A stretch of DNA of 45,862 bases from an uncultured Candidatus Saccharibacteria bacterium (GTDB taxonomy: Bacteria; Patescibacteriota; Dojkabacteria; SC72; JAFGCJ01). The stretch's first letter is position 1, and every line of letters starts with the position of its first letter. The stretch covers positions 1 to 45,862 of the forward strand of contig CAZDUZ010000003.1 in the NCBI GenBank assembly GCA_964508755.1, in the 5' to 3' direction. Below, one piece after another: positions 20,075 to 27,785 of this stretch. Under the pieces are notes generated by a model. It was given only the letters and a program-made list of their open reading frames with translations, was not told the origin of the DNA and ran no database searches. Position numbers and translations under genes: made by a program.

Positions 20075-20635
20075 TTACTCTTTCACTAATACTTTACGAA
20101 TTTTGTCTATACTTCGGTACAAAATCATTTTGCAAGCCCCTTCAGATTTTCCAATCATTTGAGCAATAACCGGAAACGAAAGGTCTTCTTCAAATCGAAG
20201 TCTAATGACCTCTTTTTCAACATCATCAAGAACATGGAAAGCCTTGTAAACAAAAGCGACATCACTATTTACCATCATCTTGTCTACAAATGAATCAAAA
20301 ACCATTTGAACTTCATCACTATCATCTTCAGTATCAAGCGATGATTCACTACGCCTCCCCTGCTTACGAAGGAAATCGATTGATAAATTTCGGGATACCG
20401 TATACAACCAGGAAAGTACGCCAGAATCCCCCCGAGTACTTATCTCGTCAATATGTTCATATAGTTTCAGGAAAACATCAGCGGTAAGATCCTGAGCTTC
20501 TTCACTCCGACCTATCTTTCGAAAGAGATACCAGTAGATCTTCTCACGGTATTTCAGGTAAAAACGTTGAAAAGCAAGCTCACGACGGGAGTCTTGTTTC
20601 GTTTTTTCTACTACACTACTAACATTCTGAGCCAC
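20075..20635 (-). CDS. ECF-type RNA polymerase sigma-70 family factor
   Basis: 186 aa. Region 2 (EEAQDLTADVFLKLYEHID...WLYTVSRNLSIDFLRK) and region 4 HTH (VIRLRFEEDLSFPVIAQMIGKSEGACKMILYRSIDKIRK). GTG start. Its stop is 30 nt upstream of the A2M-like gene start. Confidence 0.9.
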   Translation of the reverse strand: MAQNVSSVVEKTKQDSRRELAFQRFYLKYREKIYWYLFRKIGRSEEAQDLTADVFLKLYEHIDEISTRGDSGVLSWLYTVSRNLSIDFLRKQGRRSESSLDTEDDSDEVQMVFDSFVDKMMVNSDVAFVYKAFHVLDDVEKEVIRLRFEEDLSFPVIAQMIGKSEGACKMILYRSIDKIRKVLVKE

Positions 20636-21025
20636 AGGGGCAGTCGCTCAAATAATTTGCTCAAATTGTAATCCGCATTCATTCACTTTCGTTTACTTCT
20701 CCACACTCATCGTACTGCATTCTACCGTTATACTTCAATAAACGCAAAATGAAAAAAGGAGATAGAAGGCAGTCGGTTCTACAGCTACCTATACTACTTA
20801 TCAGTATACCTATAGGAACCAGCGAGACACATGGTCAAAAGGGACAGTGTCCGAATCCATCTCCTTTCACTTGTTGGGCAGTTTTGTCGATGAGGCAGTA
20901 CCGTATGTCAATCATCATACACGCTTGAGAAACAGGAATCAATAATCGAGAAACATAGCAGAGAAACAGCTTCAAGACAACGCTTTACTGTAGACTTCCC
21001 TAGTACACGCTCGTGTACCAGCACC

Positions 21026-21244
21026 CTACTGACTATCGGAGGAATCACCCTCCTCTTCATCGACGATAGCACCCTGCGGACAAATCTGCTTTACTTCTTC
21101 GAGGTTTAAACCTGAGTAGTCAGCATCAGTTTTCACTCTCACGGCAGTACCGTCTTCACTGTACTCAAATACTTGTGGGTATGCAGCAACACAACTTCCG
21201 CAGACAATGCATTTTGAAGGATCGACTGTAAGTTTTGAAGACAT
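21026..21244 (-). CDS. small single-cluster ferredoxin
   Basis: 72 aa. CIVCGSCVAAYP ... ICPQGAI (CxxCxxC...CP pattern) and an acidic tail. Confidence 0.85.
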   Translation of the reverse strand: MSSKLTVDPSKCIVCGSCVAAYPQVFEYSEDGTAVRVKTDADYSGLNLEEVKQICPQGAIVDEEEGDSSDSQ

Positions 21245-21309
21245 AGGGAAGGAATATTTTTTAGCTTATACTTTCATTATCATTATTCATAGACAGAAAG
21301 ATATTGCAA

Positions 21310-21338
21310 GTGACATATAACCTTTGAATTCATATAAT
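21310..21338 (+). promoter_or_regulatory. sigma70-type promoter of the 21370-23356 operon
   Basis: GTGACA (21310..21315)-N17-TATAAT (21333..21338), 32 nt upstream of ATG 21370. Confidence 0.55.
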
Positions 21339-21369
21339 CTCATGGAGAAATACTTAAGTTCACTTCCTC

Positions 21370-21822
21370 ATGTATATGGTTTTTATTCCCTCAAGAAAAG
21401 AAGATTTTGAGTATATTTCTCCTCTGCGAGAACAAACAATGCATGAATTGAACGAACTTGTAGGATATCAAAAATACAAAATTAATGAAGAGAAATTTAA
21501 AACTCGATTCTATGATTACTTAACCAATCCCCATTTACCTTACAAGTACTTCACACTTGCTACAGATACAGGAGAATTTGCAGGATTTGTAAATCTTCTG
21601 TTTACAAAAAACCTTGGTGAAATACTGCTCGCTCGTTTACGAAGCGAGTATGAAACAGAGGAAAATATGAACATCATGCTTATACAAAGCATAAACTTAT
21701 TCAAATCTGCAGGTATCCCTAAAGTTCTAACCGAAATACCTTTTACAGAAAATCTCTTTAAGAAATGCTTTCAACAGTTACAAGGGAAAATTGCCATTTA
21801 CATAGCAACTCTAGACTTATAA
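21370..21822 (+). CDS. hypothetical protein (possibly a degenerate GNAT-like fold)
   Basis: 150 aa. First gene of a tightly packed three-gene unit, with a 3-nt gap to the next ORF. The hydrophobic/charged pattern FAGFVNLLF...ILLARL is vaguely acetyltransferase-like, but the R/QxxGxG motif is absent. Confidence 0.45.
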   Translation: MYMVFIPSRKEDFEYISPLREQTMHELNELVGYQKYKINEEKFKTRFYDYLTNPHLPYKYFTLATDTGEFAGFVNLLFTKNLGEILLARLRSEYETEENMNIMLIQSINLFKSAGIPKVLTEIPFTENLFKKCFQQLQGKIAIYIATLDL

Positions 21823-21825
21823 TAC

Positions 21826-22023
21826 ATGTTGGCATACAATAGTCACAAGTTAATTTTTGTTGTTGCTTTGATGGCAGACATGATTAATTCGTTAAGTCCT
21901 GAAGGTCTCAACGCTATTGGTTGGCAAGAGTTTGTAGCAGGTTTGCAAACGATCGAACAGCTTACCGGAGAGTCAGGAATTAGTACAGGTACGACCACCT
22001 GCTGTGCAACAGGAACGTGCTAA
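21826..22023 (+). CDS. candidate RiPP (lanthipeptide-like) precursor peptide
   Basis: 65 aa from ATG 21826, or 50 aa from ATG 21871 (MADMINSLSPEG...). The leader-like part ends in QLTGESG. The C-terminal 14 residues ISTGTTTCCATGTC are 9/14 Ser/Thr/Cys. Its 3' end overlaps the next gene by 20 nt. Confidence 0.5.
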   Translation: MLAYNSHKLIFVVALMADMINSLSPEGLNAIGWQEFVAGLQTIEQLTGESGISTGTTTCCATGTC

Positions 22024-23356
22024 GAATCAGATTACCAACGACTTACTCATAAGCCCTTTAGCAGGGTACTTAAGTAACCTCCTACCTTCAACTTCTCTTT
22101 CAGCAGCATCAGTCCTTTCTGATTTTCTACTCCCTACTCTCGTTTACGAGTATTATCTCCAAAAGCAAAGAAGGTTCTCAACGTACATTACAACTCTTGA
22201 TTTTCACAAGTATTTCAATAAGTACCCAGGACTATCGTCACTTCTTAACTGTGCAATGAGTACCATTGCCGATGATGAAAAAGAACTCGATCTTTCATCT
22301 GGTGCAAAAATCATTGGAGATCTACACGAAGGAGGAATGACCAAGTACCTTGAAGGAATACATATAAAATATAGTAAAATAGTGCATTATGAGAGCTATA
22401 TCCGTGAAATCCTCGATCTTTTCAACAATTCTATATTAAGTAACTGTTTTCCATCGTTTCACGACAATGTAACATCAATTTCAAGGAAGTATATAGCAAC
22501 ACAAAATGAAACTGATAATCCTGAGGAAATCCAACGGTACTATTATAACCTAGGCTATACAATCCCCGTTGTAATGTTGTTTCGTGCAATAGATCTTTTT
22601 GCTCAAAATATGACCATCCACCTTCCATACCCGATCTATTTTGATTTTGAATGTCTATTTTCTTCATATACAGTAAGCAACCAAGATTACTACATACAAC
22701 ATTCCGGACTTCTCAGGCTATCTGAGCAATTTGATATAAGTGCAATTACTGGTGGAACCACTCCACTGTATACCTATCTATCACCTTACCTATCAGGTAC
22801 TGAACAAAAGCCTGTAATTAAATGGAAAGTTCCCTTATCAGAAAAATTTTCAAACATTCCTTTGTTAAACGGGGTACAGGTAAAACCTCGACGTTATATG
22901 CAGACTCTTATAAAAGGATACGATGAATCAGCAAAAAAAATCTTTTCAATTCCAAAAGATAAGCTTATCAACATTACACAGAATAATCCGCCAACGGTGA
23001 GAATCGTACTCAGGACAACTAAACAATATAAGGCCTTATTACAAGAATACTGTTTTCCTAATGTTTATACTGTAAATAACGATGCTGCTCAGTTCTTTAG
23101 AGATAGATTATCCAATTCCAAATTAATCTATAATATCCAAAACGCTGATAAACTTTTGGATTACGAAGCATACGTTCTGTCCAAAGGCCTCATACCCAAA
23201 TTTTACTCCAATATTACTTGCAACAAGATCTTCGGATCACCAGGAAAACAAGTCGCTGAGTTTCCAGAACCTCAGATTAGTATATGGAAAAAACATCTGC
23301 TTCACTTCCATGAATTCTTGGATGGACAGCGGAAAATTTTAATCCGGTCACTGTAA
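22004..23356 (+). CDS. LanM N-terminal dehydratase-like (DUF4135-type) protein, stand-alone, no LanC cyclase domain
   Basis: 450 aa, GTG start. Ordered blocks are IGDLHEGGMT (aa 104-113; LanM has GDxHxxGxxV), EIQRYYYNLGY...AIDLFAQNMTIH-LPYPIYFDFECLF (aa 175-219; LanM has fYxrxG...tDlHxENliaxgxxPvxiDlEtlf) and HSGLLRL..FDISAITGG (LanM has tGlLp...dxSglgg). Spacing between blocks is LanM-like. The YKPR lysine and the DxH histidine are not conserved (VHYES, DLF). Confidence 0.55.
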   Translation: MQQERAKNQITNDLLISPLAGYLSNLLPSTSLSAASVLSDFLLPTLVYEYYLQKQRRFSTYITTLDFHKYFNKYPGLSSLLNCAMSTIADDEKELDLSSGAKIIGDLHEGGMTKYLEGIHIKYSKIVHYESYIREILDLFNNSILSNCFPSFHDNVTSISRKYIATQNETDNPEEIQRYYYNLGYTIPVVMLFRAIDLFAQNMTIHLPYPIYFDFECLFSSYTVSNQDYYIQHSGLLRLSEQFDISAITGGTTPLYTYLSPYLSGTEQKPVIKWKVPLSEKFSNIPLLNGVQVKPRRYMQTLIKGYDESAKKIFSIPKDKLINITQNNPPTVRIVLRTTKQYKALLQEYCFPNVYTVNNDAAQFFRDRLSNSKLIYNIQNADKLLDYEAYVLSKGLIPKFYSNITCNKIFGSPGKQVAEFPEPQISIWKKHLLHFHEFLDGQRKILIRSL

Positions 23357-23377
23357 CCCTGATACTTACCCATCACC

Positions 23378-23959
23378 TCAAAACAAAGTACCCTGTGCAC
23401 TAAGATCTGCCTTTTGTTGAAATCCGTCTTTCCAGTTCACCGACGTCTCTTTAATAAACCCATTTCGATCGTAATACTTCAGTTTTCCCGTTTCCTGACC
23501 AAGCTTCCACACCTCATAGGTCAAACGTACATCTTCGAGACAGTATTTTTCGAGCTTGTCCAACTCCCCGTTTTCCCAGTACACTATTGCATCAGACCCC
23601 TTCCCTATTTTCCCCTCGCCAAAGTTCGCTTTAGCGAGATTATCAAGTTTTGGCCTAAAGCCGATTGCTTTCTTCATAGCAATCATTAAATCTATCGTTG
23701 GCAGGGTCCACGGATCAATCTTGAAGTAACGGGAAAGCACTCCATAGTCAAAGCTCCAGATATTGTACCCAATAACCGTATCCCCATTTTTCATCAAGTC
23801 CTCTAACGCTGGTAAATCCTTCTCCCAGTAACTCAGACTCTTGTCTGCTACAGAGTCATACGCACCAGCAAAGGAAATCTTAAGTCCGCTGAAATCAAGA
23901 ACCCCATCATCATTTACCGAGGTAAAAAAATTTTGGGTTTCGACATCTACAACAATCAC
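23378..23959 (-). CDS. DEDD-type 3'-5' exonuclease (RNase H-like fold)
   Basis: 193 aa. Exo I VVDVET, Exo II GYNIWSFDYGVL, Exo III YCLEDVRLT (DEDDy pattern). GTG start. Confidence 0.7.
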   Translation of the reverse strand: MIVVDVETQNFFTSVNDDGVLDFSGLKISFAGAYDSVADKSLSYWEKDLPALEDLMKNGDTVIGYNIWSFDYGVLSRYFKIDPWTLPTIDLMIAMKKAIGFRPKLDNLAKANFGEGKIGKGSDAIVYWENGELDKLEKYCLEDVRLTYEVWKLGQETGKLKYYDRNGFIKETSVNWKDGFQQKADLSAQGTLF

Positions 23960-23971
23960 GAGTAAGCCCTC

Positions 23972-24367
23972 CTAACAAAAGTCACAATTATCGTCGTCTT
24001 CCCCCCGTACCGCACGCCTTGCAGCCTCAAGCGAGAGCAATGCACATTTCAAACGAGGACTTTTTTCTTCCATTCCTAGAAGTTCCAGAATGAAGGAATT
24101 TGGAAGGGCATCAACTTGCTTGACGGTCATTCCTTTTAACTTTTCACTTAACATGGACATTCCCGCCATACTGACCGCACATCCGCTCCCCTTATATCCA
24201 ACCTCTGTTATCACTCCACTTTCGTCTTTTAGAAAGATGGTCACTTCATCTCCGCAGACTGAATTAGCAACTTGAGCTCGGTACGAGAAATCACTCAATT
24301 CCCCCTTATTACGAGGGTTTTTGAAGTGGTCTATGATCTTTTGTTTGTATAAATCAGATGATGCCAT
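23972..24367 (-). CDS. sufU: SUF system Fe-S scaffold/sulfur acceptor SufU (NifU/IscU-like)
   Basis: 131 aa. NPRNKGEL, VCGDEVTIF, GSGCAVSMA, RLKCALL. Directly downstream of sufS. Confidence 0.9.
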   Translation of the reverse strand: MASSDLYKQKIIDHFKNPRNKGELSDFSYRAQVANSVCGDEVTIFLKDESGVITEVGYKGSGCAVSMAGMSMLSEKLKGMTVKQVDALPNSFILELLGMEEKSPRLKCALLSLEAARRAVRGEDDDNCDFC

Positions 24368-24385
24368 ACGGTTGTGAAGAATTAC

Positions 24386-25621
24386 TTAAAAAGAATCGAA
24401 CATTTTTTTAGCTGAAGCAAGCGCGTCTACAGCTACATCAATATCTTCCTTTGTATTGTACACACCAAAACTAATACGGGTTGTGGCTGATGTCTTAAAC
24501 CGAATATGAAGCGGCATCGCACAGTGATGTCCTGCTCTGACTGCAACTCCTTGTTCATTAAGAAGACTTGATAGATCGTGAGGATGAACGCCTTCTACAA
24601 CAAACGACAGTGCCCCAAGACGAAATTCTGGATTTGTGGGACCAAGAATCGTAACTCCACCCAAAGCAGTAAGCCTCTCAATACCATAACCCATCAGTTC
24701 CTGTTCATGAGCAATGATCTGCTCCAATCCCACTTCTTCAATAAAATCCACCGCTTCCGAAAATACAGCGCCATCAGAAATATTTGGAGTGCCGGCTTCA
24801 AATGTCCACGGAAGCTCAGCTGTTTCAAAAGTATCCTTAGTAACACGCCGGATCATTCCTCCGCCTCCAAGAAACGGGTCCATTTCTTCCAAAAGTTCTT
24901 TCCTGCCATAAAAAATTCCTATCCCATCAGGTCCATACATTTTATGTGAGGAGAAAGAGAGAAAATCAGCACCCATTTTTCCAACATCCACGTGCTGGCG
25001 GCAAATACTTTGTGCAGCATCGACATGTACATATGCACCAACCTCGTGTGCGAGAGATGCAATTTCAGAAACGGGGTTAATGGTTCCCAAAACATTTGAA
25101 ATATGTGCAACAGTGACCAGCTTCACCCGCTTACCAAATTTCTTCAAGAGTCCTTTATACGATTCCAGATCCAATAGTCCTTCGTCAGTAACCGGAATCC
25201 ACTCAAGAACAATTCCCCGCTCTTTAACTAGTATTTGCCAGGGAACAATATTGCTGTGATGCTCCATCTCAGTCGTAATAACAACGTCACCCTTTCTCAA
25301 AAACTTCCTCCCCCATGAATAGGCAAGTAAATTAATAGATTCGGTTGTATTACGCGTAAATACAATTTCTTCTATTCCTGAGGCATGAATCAATTCTGCA
25401 GCACGAATATGAGAGTGTTCATACATCTCCGAAGCTTCAGTGCTCAACGTATGAATACCCCGATGGACATTTGCATTATGGTTTGAATAGAACTTTGAAA
25501 GTGCGTCAATTACTCTCTGTGTTTTTTGAGAGGTAGCAGAGCTATCAAGGTATACCAGACGTTTACCGTCAATTATTCTTGATAATATAGGGAATTGTGA
25601 AGAAACTGTAGTTACCGTCAC
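24386..25621 (-). CDS. sufS: cysteine desulfurase SufS (class V aminotransferase, group II)
   Basis: 411 aa. PLP-lysine motif SSHKMYGP and catalytic-Cys loop RAGHHCAMPL. GTG start. Confidence 0.93.
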   Translation of the reverse strand: MTVTTVSSQFPILSRIIDGKRLVYLDSSATSQKTQRVIDALSKFYSNHNANVHRGIHTLSTEASEMYEHSHIRAAELIHASGIEEIVFTRNTTESINLLAYSWGRKFLRKGDVVITTEMEHHSNIVPWQILVKERGIVLEWIPVTDEGLLDLESYKGLLKKFGKRVKLVTVAHISNVLGTINPVSEIASLAHEVGAYVHVDAAQSICRQHVDVGKMGADFLSFSSHKMYGPDGIGIFYGRKELLEEMDPFLGGGGMIRRVTKDTFETAELPWTFEAGTPNISDGAVFSEAVDFIEEVGLEQIIAHEQELMGYGIERLTALGGVTILGPTNPEFRLGALSFVVEGVHPHDLSSLLNEQGVAVRAGHHCAMPLHIRFKTSATTRISFGVYNTKEDIDVAVDALASAKKMFDSF

Positions 25622-25733
25622 TGCTAGGAGTTGAAAAACTTAGCCAGAACGCATTCCGATTATACACGTTCTAGGAAAGATCGGTCGAATGAATTACAGA
25701 CTTACCCTTTTTCAGATTATTCGATTATAAATC

Positions 25734-25762
25734 TTCACACATTATGGACTATAGGATATAAT
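25734..25762 (+). promoter_or_regulatory. sigma70-type promoter with no ORF behind it
   Basis: TTCACA (25734..25739)-N17-TATAAT (25757..25762). It points into the GC-rich structured segment at 25781..25854. Confidence 0.45.
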
Positions 25763-25780
25763 CTCTCCGTTCCTCCTCAT

Positions 25781-25854
25781 GAGGGTGTAACCCACCCTCG
25801 ATTCGGGTGGAAGAAGAAGGATGAGCAGCGCTGGCTCCCCGACTTTTTCCACCC
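25781..25854 (+). ncRNA. candidate structured RNA element (unclassified)
   Basis: Four mutually complementary GC-rich segments: GAGGGTG (25781..87), CCCACCCTC (25791..99), GGGTGGAA (25805..12) and TTCCACCC (25847..54). They allow 1:2, 2:3 and 3:4 pairings. An inner palindrome GAGCAGCGCTGGCTC is present. I recognised no known RNA family. Confidence 0.3.
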
Positions 25855-26037
25855 GTCTTAAAAACCTTCTTAACAACATTTTTCACTCACCCTACTCTTC
25901 GACAGATATTCCTTCAATTTCCTTTGAACTTCTACGCAGACCACCTCACGATTTAATGAATAATCAATAAAAGATCAAGAATACGATATAATTAGCACAT
26001 GTCGGACGACCTCTGTGAGGAAGGGTCTTCCGATAAT

Positions 26038-26113
26038 GGAAGGGGAAATGATAGAGAGTGCGACTCTGTGCCTGATCATTTCCCCTTCCGAAATCCCTTT
26101 TTTGCCTTTTTTT
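26038..26113 (+). terminator. terminator/attenuator-like hairpin in the glycosyltransferase leader
   Basis: Perfect 15-bp stem GGAAGGGGAAATGAT (26038..52) / ATCATTTCCCCTTCC (26075..89), followed after 8 nt by T6 (26098..103) and T7 (26107..113). An upstream GGAAGGG copy (about 26019..26025) could compete for the 3' arm. The gap before the T tract is atypical for an intrinsic terminator. Confidence 0.35.
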
Positions 26114-26166
26114 ACAATCTCTTACCTTGCCCCAGCAAAGAAGTTCTGTTATCCTCCCCTCAACCG

Positions 26167-26967
26167 ATGTTTTCAATCGTCATACCATCGAAAAACGAAG
26201 AAGAGCGTATTGGACGACTTCTGCAAAGCATTAAGGATCAAACCACTCAACCGACGGAAATCATTCTAGCCGACAAATCTTCCGACACCACCCGAGAAAT
26301 TGCTCGAGGTTTTGGAATCACCATTATTGACGGACAAGACGATGGAAGAATTGGAAGAGCACGAAATAACGGAGCGAAATGCGTGAAAACAGATATCACC
26401 ATGTTTATGGATGCAGACACAGAACTTCCTACCTGCACCTTTCTCGAAGACGCCCTTACCTGCTTTGATGCAATGGAACTTGATGTAGCTTCCTGCTATT
26501 ACCACCCCACGAATGCGAATTGGAAAACATTCCTCATTTTTAACTCAATCAATATATTAAAGAAACTTGATGGCATCATTAAGCTTGGAATAACAACAGG
26601 TGGTGGTTTTATCATGGTACGACAAAGCAAATTTAATGAAGTCAACGGATTTAATGAAAATATTAAGGTTTGCGAAGATATTGACATGGTATGGAGAATG
26701 GTTCGCAATGGAAGCAGGTATGGAGTGCTTCCCTTCTCTATTCTCGTCTCATCACGACGTTTTACCCGCAACTCTGTACCAACCATTTTACGAACAATAG
26801 TCGGAGGTATTGGGGCCGTCGGTTCAAATGTGTTGCAAATTCCATTTCTTGTGCAGTTTCGTGACTCTTTTGAACGTTTCTATGGTCAAACGGGCGGACC
26901 AGCTTCGCTTCTTTCACGGATCACCCTTAAAGACGAGTATCAAAAAGAAAAAGAACGCAAAAAGTAA
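26167..26967 (+). CDS. family 2 glycosyltransferase
   Basis: 266 aa from ATG 26167 (MFSIVIPSKNEEERIGRLLQSIKDQT...EIILADKSSD...FMDADTELP with a DxD). The 56-codon extension in the track ORF (from 25999) covers the leader hairpin and looks non-coding. Confidence 0.85.
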   Translation: MFSIVIPSKNEEERIGRLLQSIKDQTTQPTEIILADKSSDTTREIARGFGITIIDGQDDGRIGRARNNGAKCVKTDITMFMDADTELPTCTFLEDALTCFDAMELDVASCYYHPTNANWKTFLIFNSINILKKLDGIIKLGITTGGGFIMVRQSKFNEVNGFNENIKVCEDIDMVWRMVRNGSRYGVLPFSILVSSRRFTRNSVPTILRTIVGGIGAVGSNVLQIPFLVQFRDSFERFYGQTGGPASLLSRITLKDEYQKEKERKK

Positions 26968-26996
26968 TTCAGGTATTCATCTATCCTGCTCGTGCA

Positions 26997-27785
26997 CTAC
27001 CGAAGAAACCCTTCGAAATACATTTTTTCAGCCACATCCCTCGTAACCCCTCTCGATTCCAGATAAAGAAGCGCGTCCGCAGGAATTCGACCAACCGAAC
27101 ACCCGTGTACCGCTTCAATTTCTTTTCCATCAGCTTCAAGATGCGGTTCTAGTCGCACTATACCACCGTTTGTTGGCTGTAACACCTTCACATCGTATTC
27201 ACACGAACATCTAAGTGCACTTTTATACACTTTTCCAAACGTTTTACCCTCAATAATCCCGCTGTGCAAACAGACTAACTTTTCTTTGCACACAAATCTG
27301 CTTTCAGGATACTTCTGAAAAGACCTAATAATCAAAGTAACCGATTTACCTACCGTCCCCCTTACCAGAATGCCGAGTGACGCTTGAAAACCGAGATGAA
27401 CATCCAGTGAAACAGATCCTGCAAATGCTTCGCTCATTCTGATTTCCACGGTTCTTACGGTTTTCTCAGAAAGTGTGACGCTACCGCAATAAGTTGGAAT
27501 ATCTTGATCAGACAGTGGTGAGAACTCTCCACCAGTACCGCTCAATGCATCAAGTGGCGAGAATAAATAACAGCACCCTTCGGAGGCAGGATCTTCAATT
27601 TCATTTAACATCTTGTGCCAGCCGTCTTTTTGGGCAAAATATTTCACGTGGGGACAAAGTTTTAGGTTCTGTCCCATTCCTGAGCACGGAAACCACGAAG
27701 GAACAGAGAGAGAACCTTTAGAAGAAGTTCTTTTCTGTGGATTTTTTAACGATTTATCCAATGCCATCTTTAATTTCCATTTCAA
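26997..27785 (-). CDS. sufD: SufD-like Fe-S assembly protein (short form)
   Basis: 262 aa. The C-terminal block EAVHGCSVGRIPADALLYLESRGVTRDVAEKMYFEGFL matches the SufB/SufD C-terminal signature. Overlaps the sufB 3' end; ATG 27767 (MALDKS) is an alternative start. About 150 aa shorter than typical SufD as I recall it. Confidence 0.75.
   Translation of the reverse strand: MKWKLKMALDKSLKNPQKRTSSKGSLSVPSWFPCSGMGQNLKLCPHVKYFAQKDGWHKMLNEIEDPASEGCCYLFSPLDALSGTGGEFSPLSDQDIPTYCGSVTLSEKTVRTVEIRMSEAFAGSVSLDVHLGFQASLGILVRGTVGKSVTLIIRSFQKYPESRFVCKEKLVCLHSGIIEGKTFGKVYKSALRCSCEYDVKVLQPTNGGIVRLEPHLEADGKEIEAVHGCSVGRIPADALLYLESRGVTRDVAEKMYFEGFLR

Noticed and set aside
20749-20928. 59-aa + strand ORF (MKKGDRRQSVLQLPILLISIPIGT...) in the 390-bp spacer between the ferredoxin and sigma genes
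   Set aside because: It has no ribosome-binding site and no family resemblance, and it lies opposite to both neighbours. The spacer more likely holds the ferredoxin 3' hairpin (GTACACGCTCGTGTAC, about 21004..21019) and the sigma promoter. I could not identify an ECF-type or known ncRNA motif there either.
25631-26166. ORF 25631..25861 and the 56-codon N-terminal extension of the glycosyltransferase ORF (25999..26166)
   Set aside because: ORF 25631..25861 has a TTG start upstream of the promoter-like element and no motifs. The extension spans the perfect 15-bp hairpin and T tracts, whereas GT2 enzymes normally begin right at the xSIVIPxxNE strand (ATG 26167).
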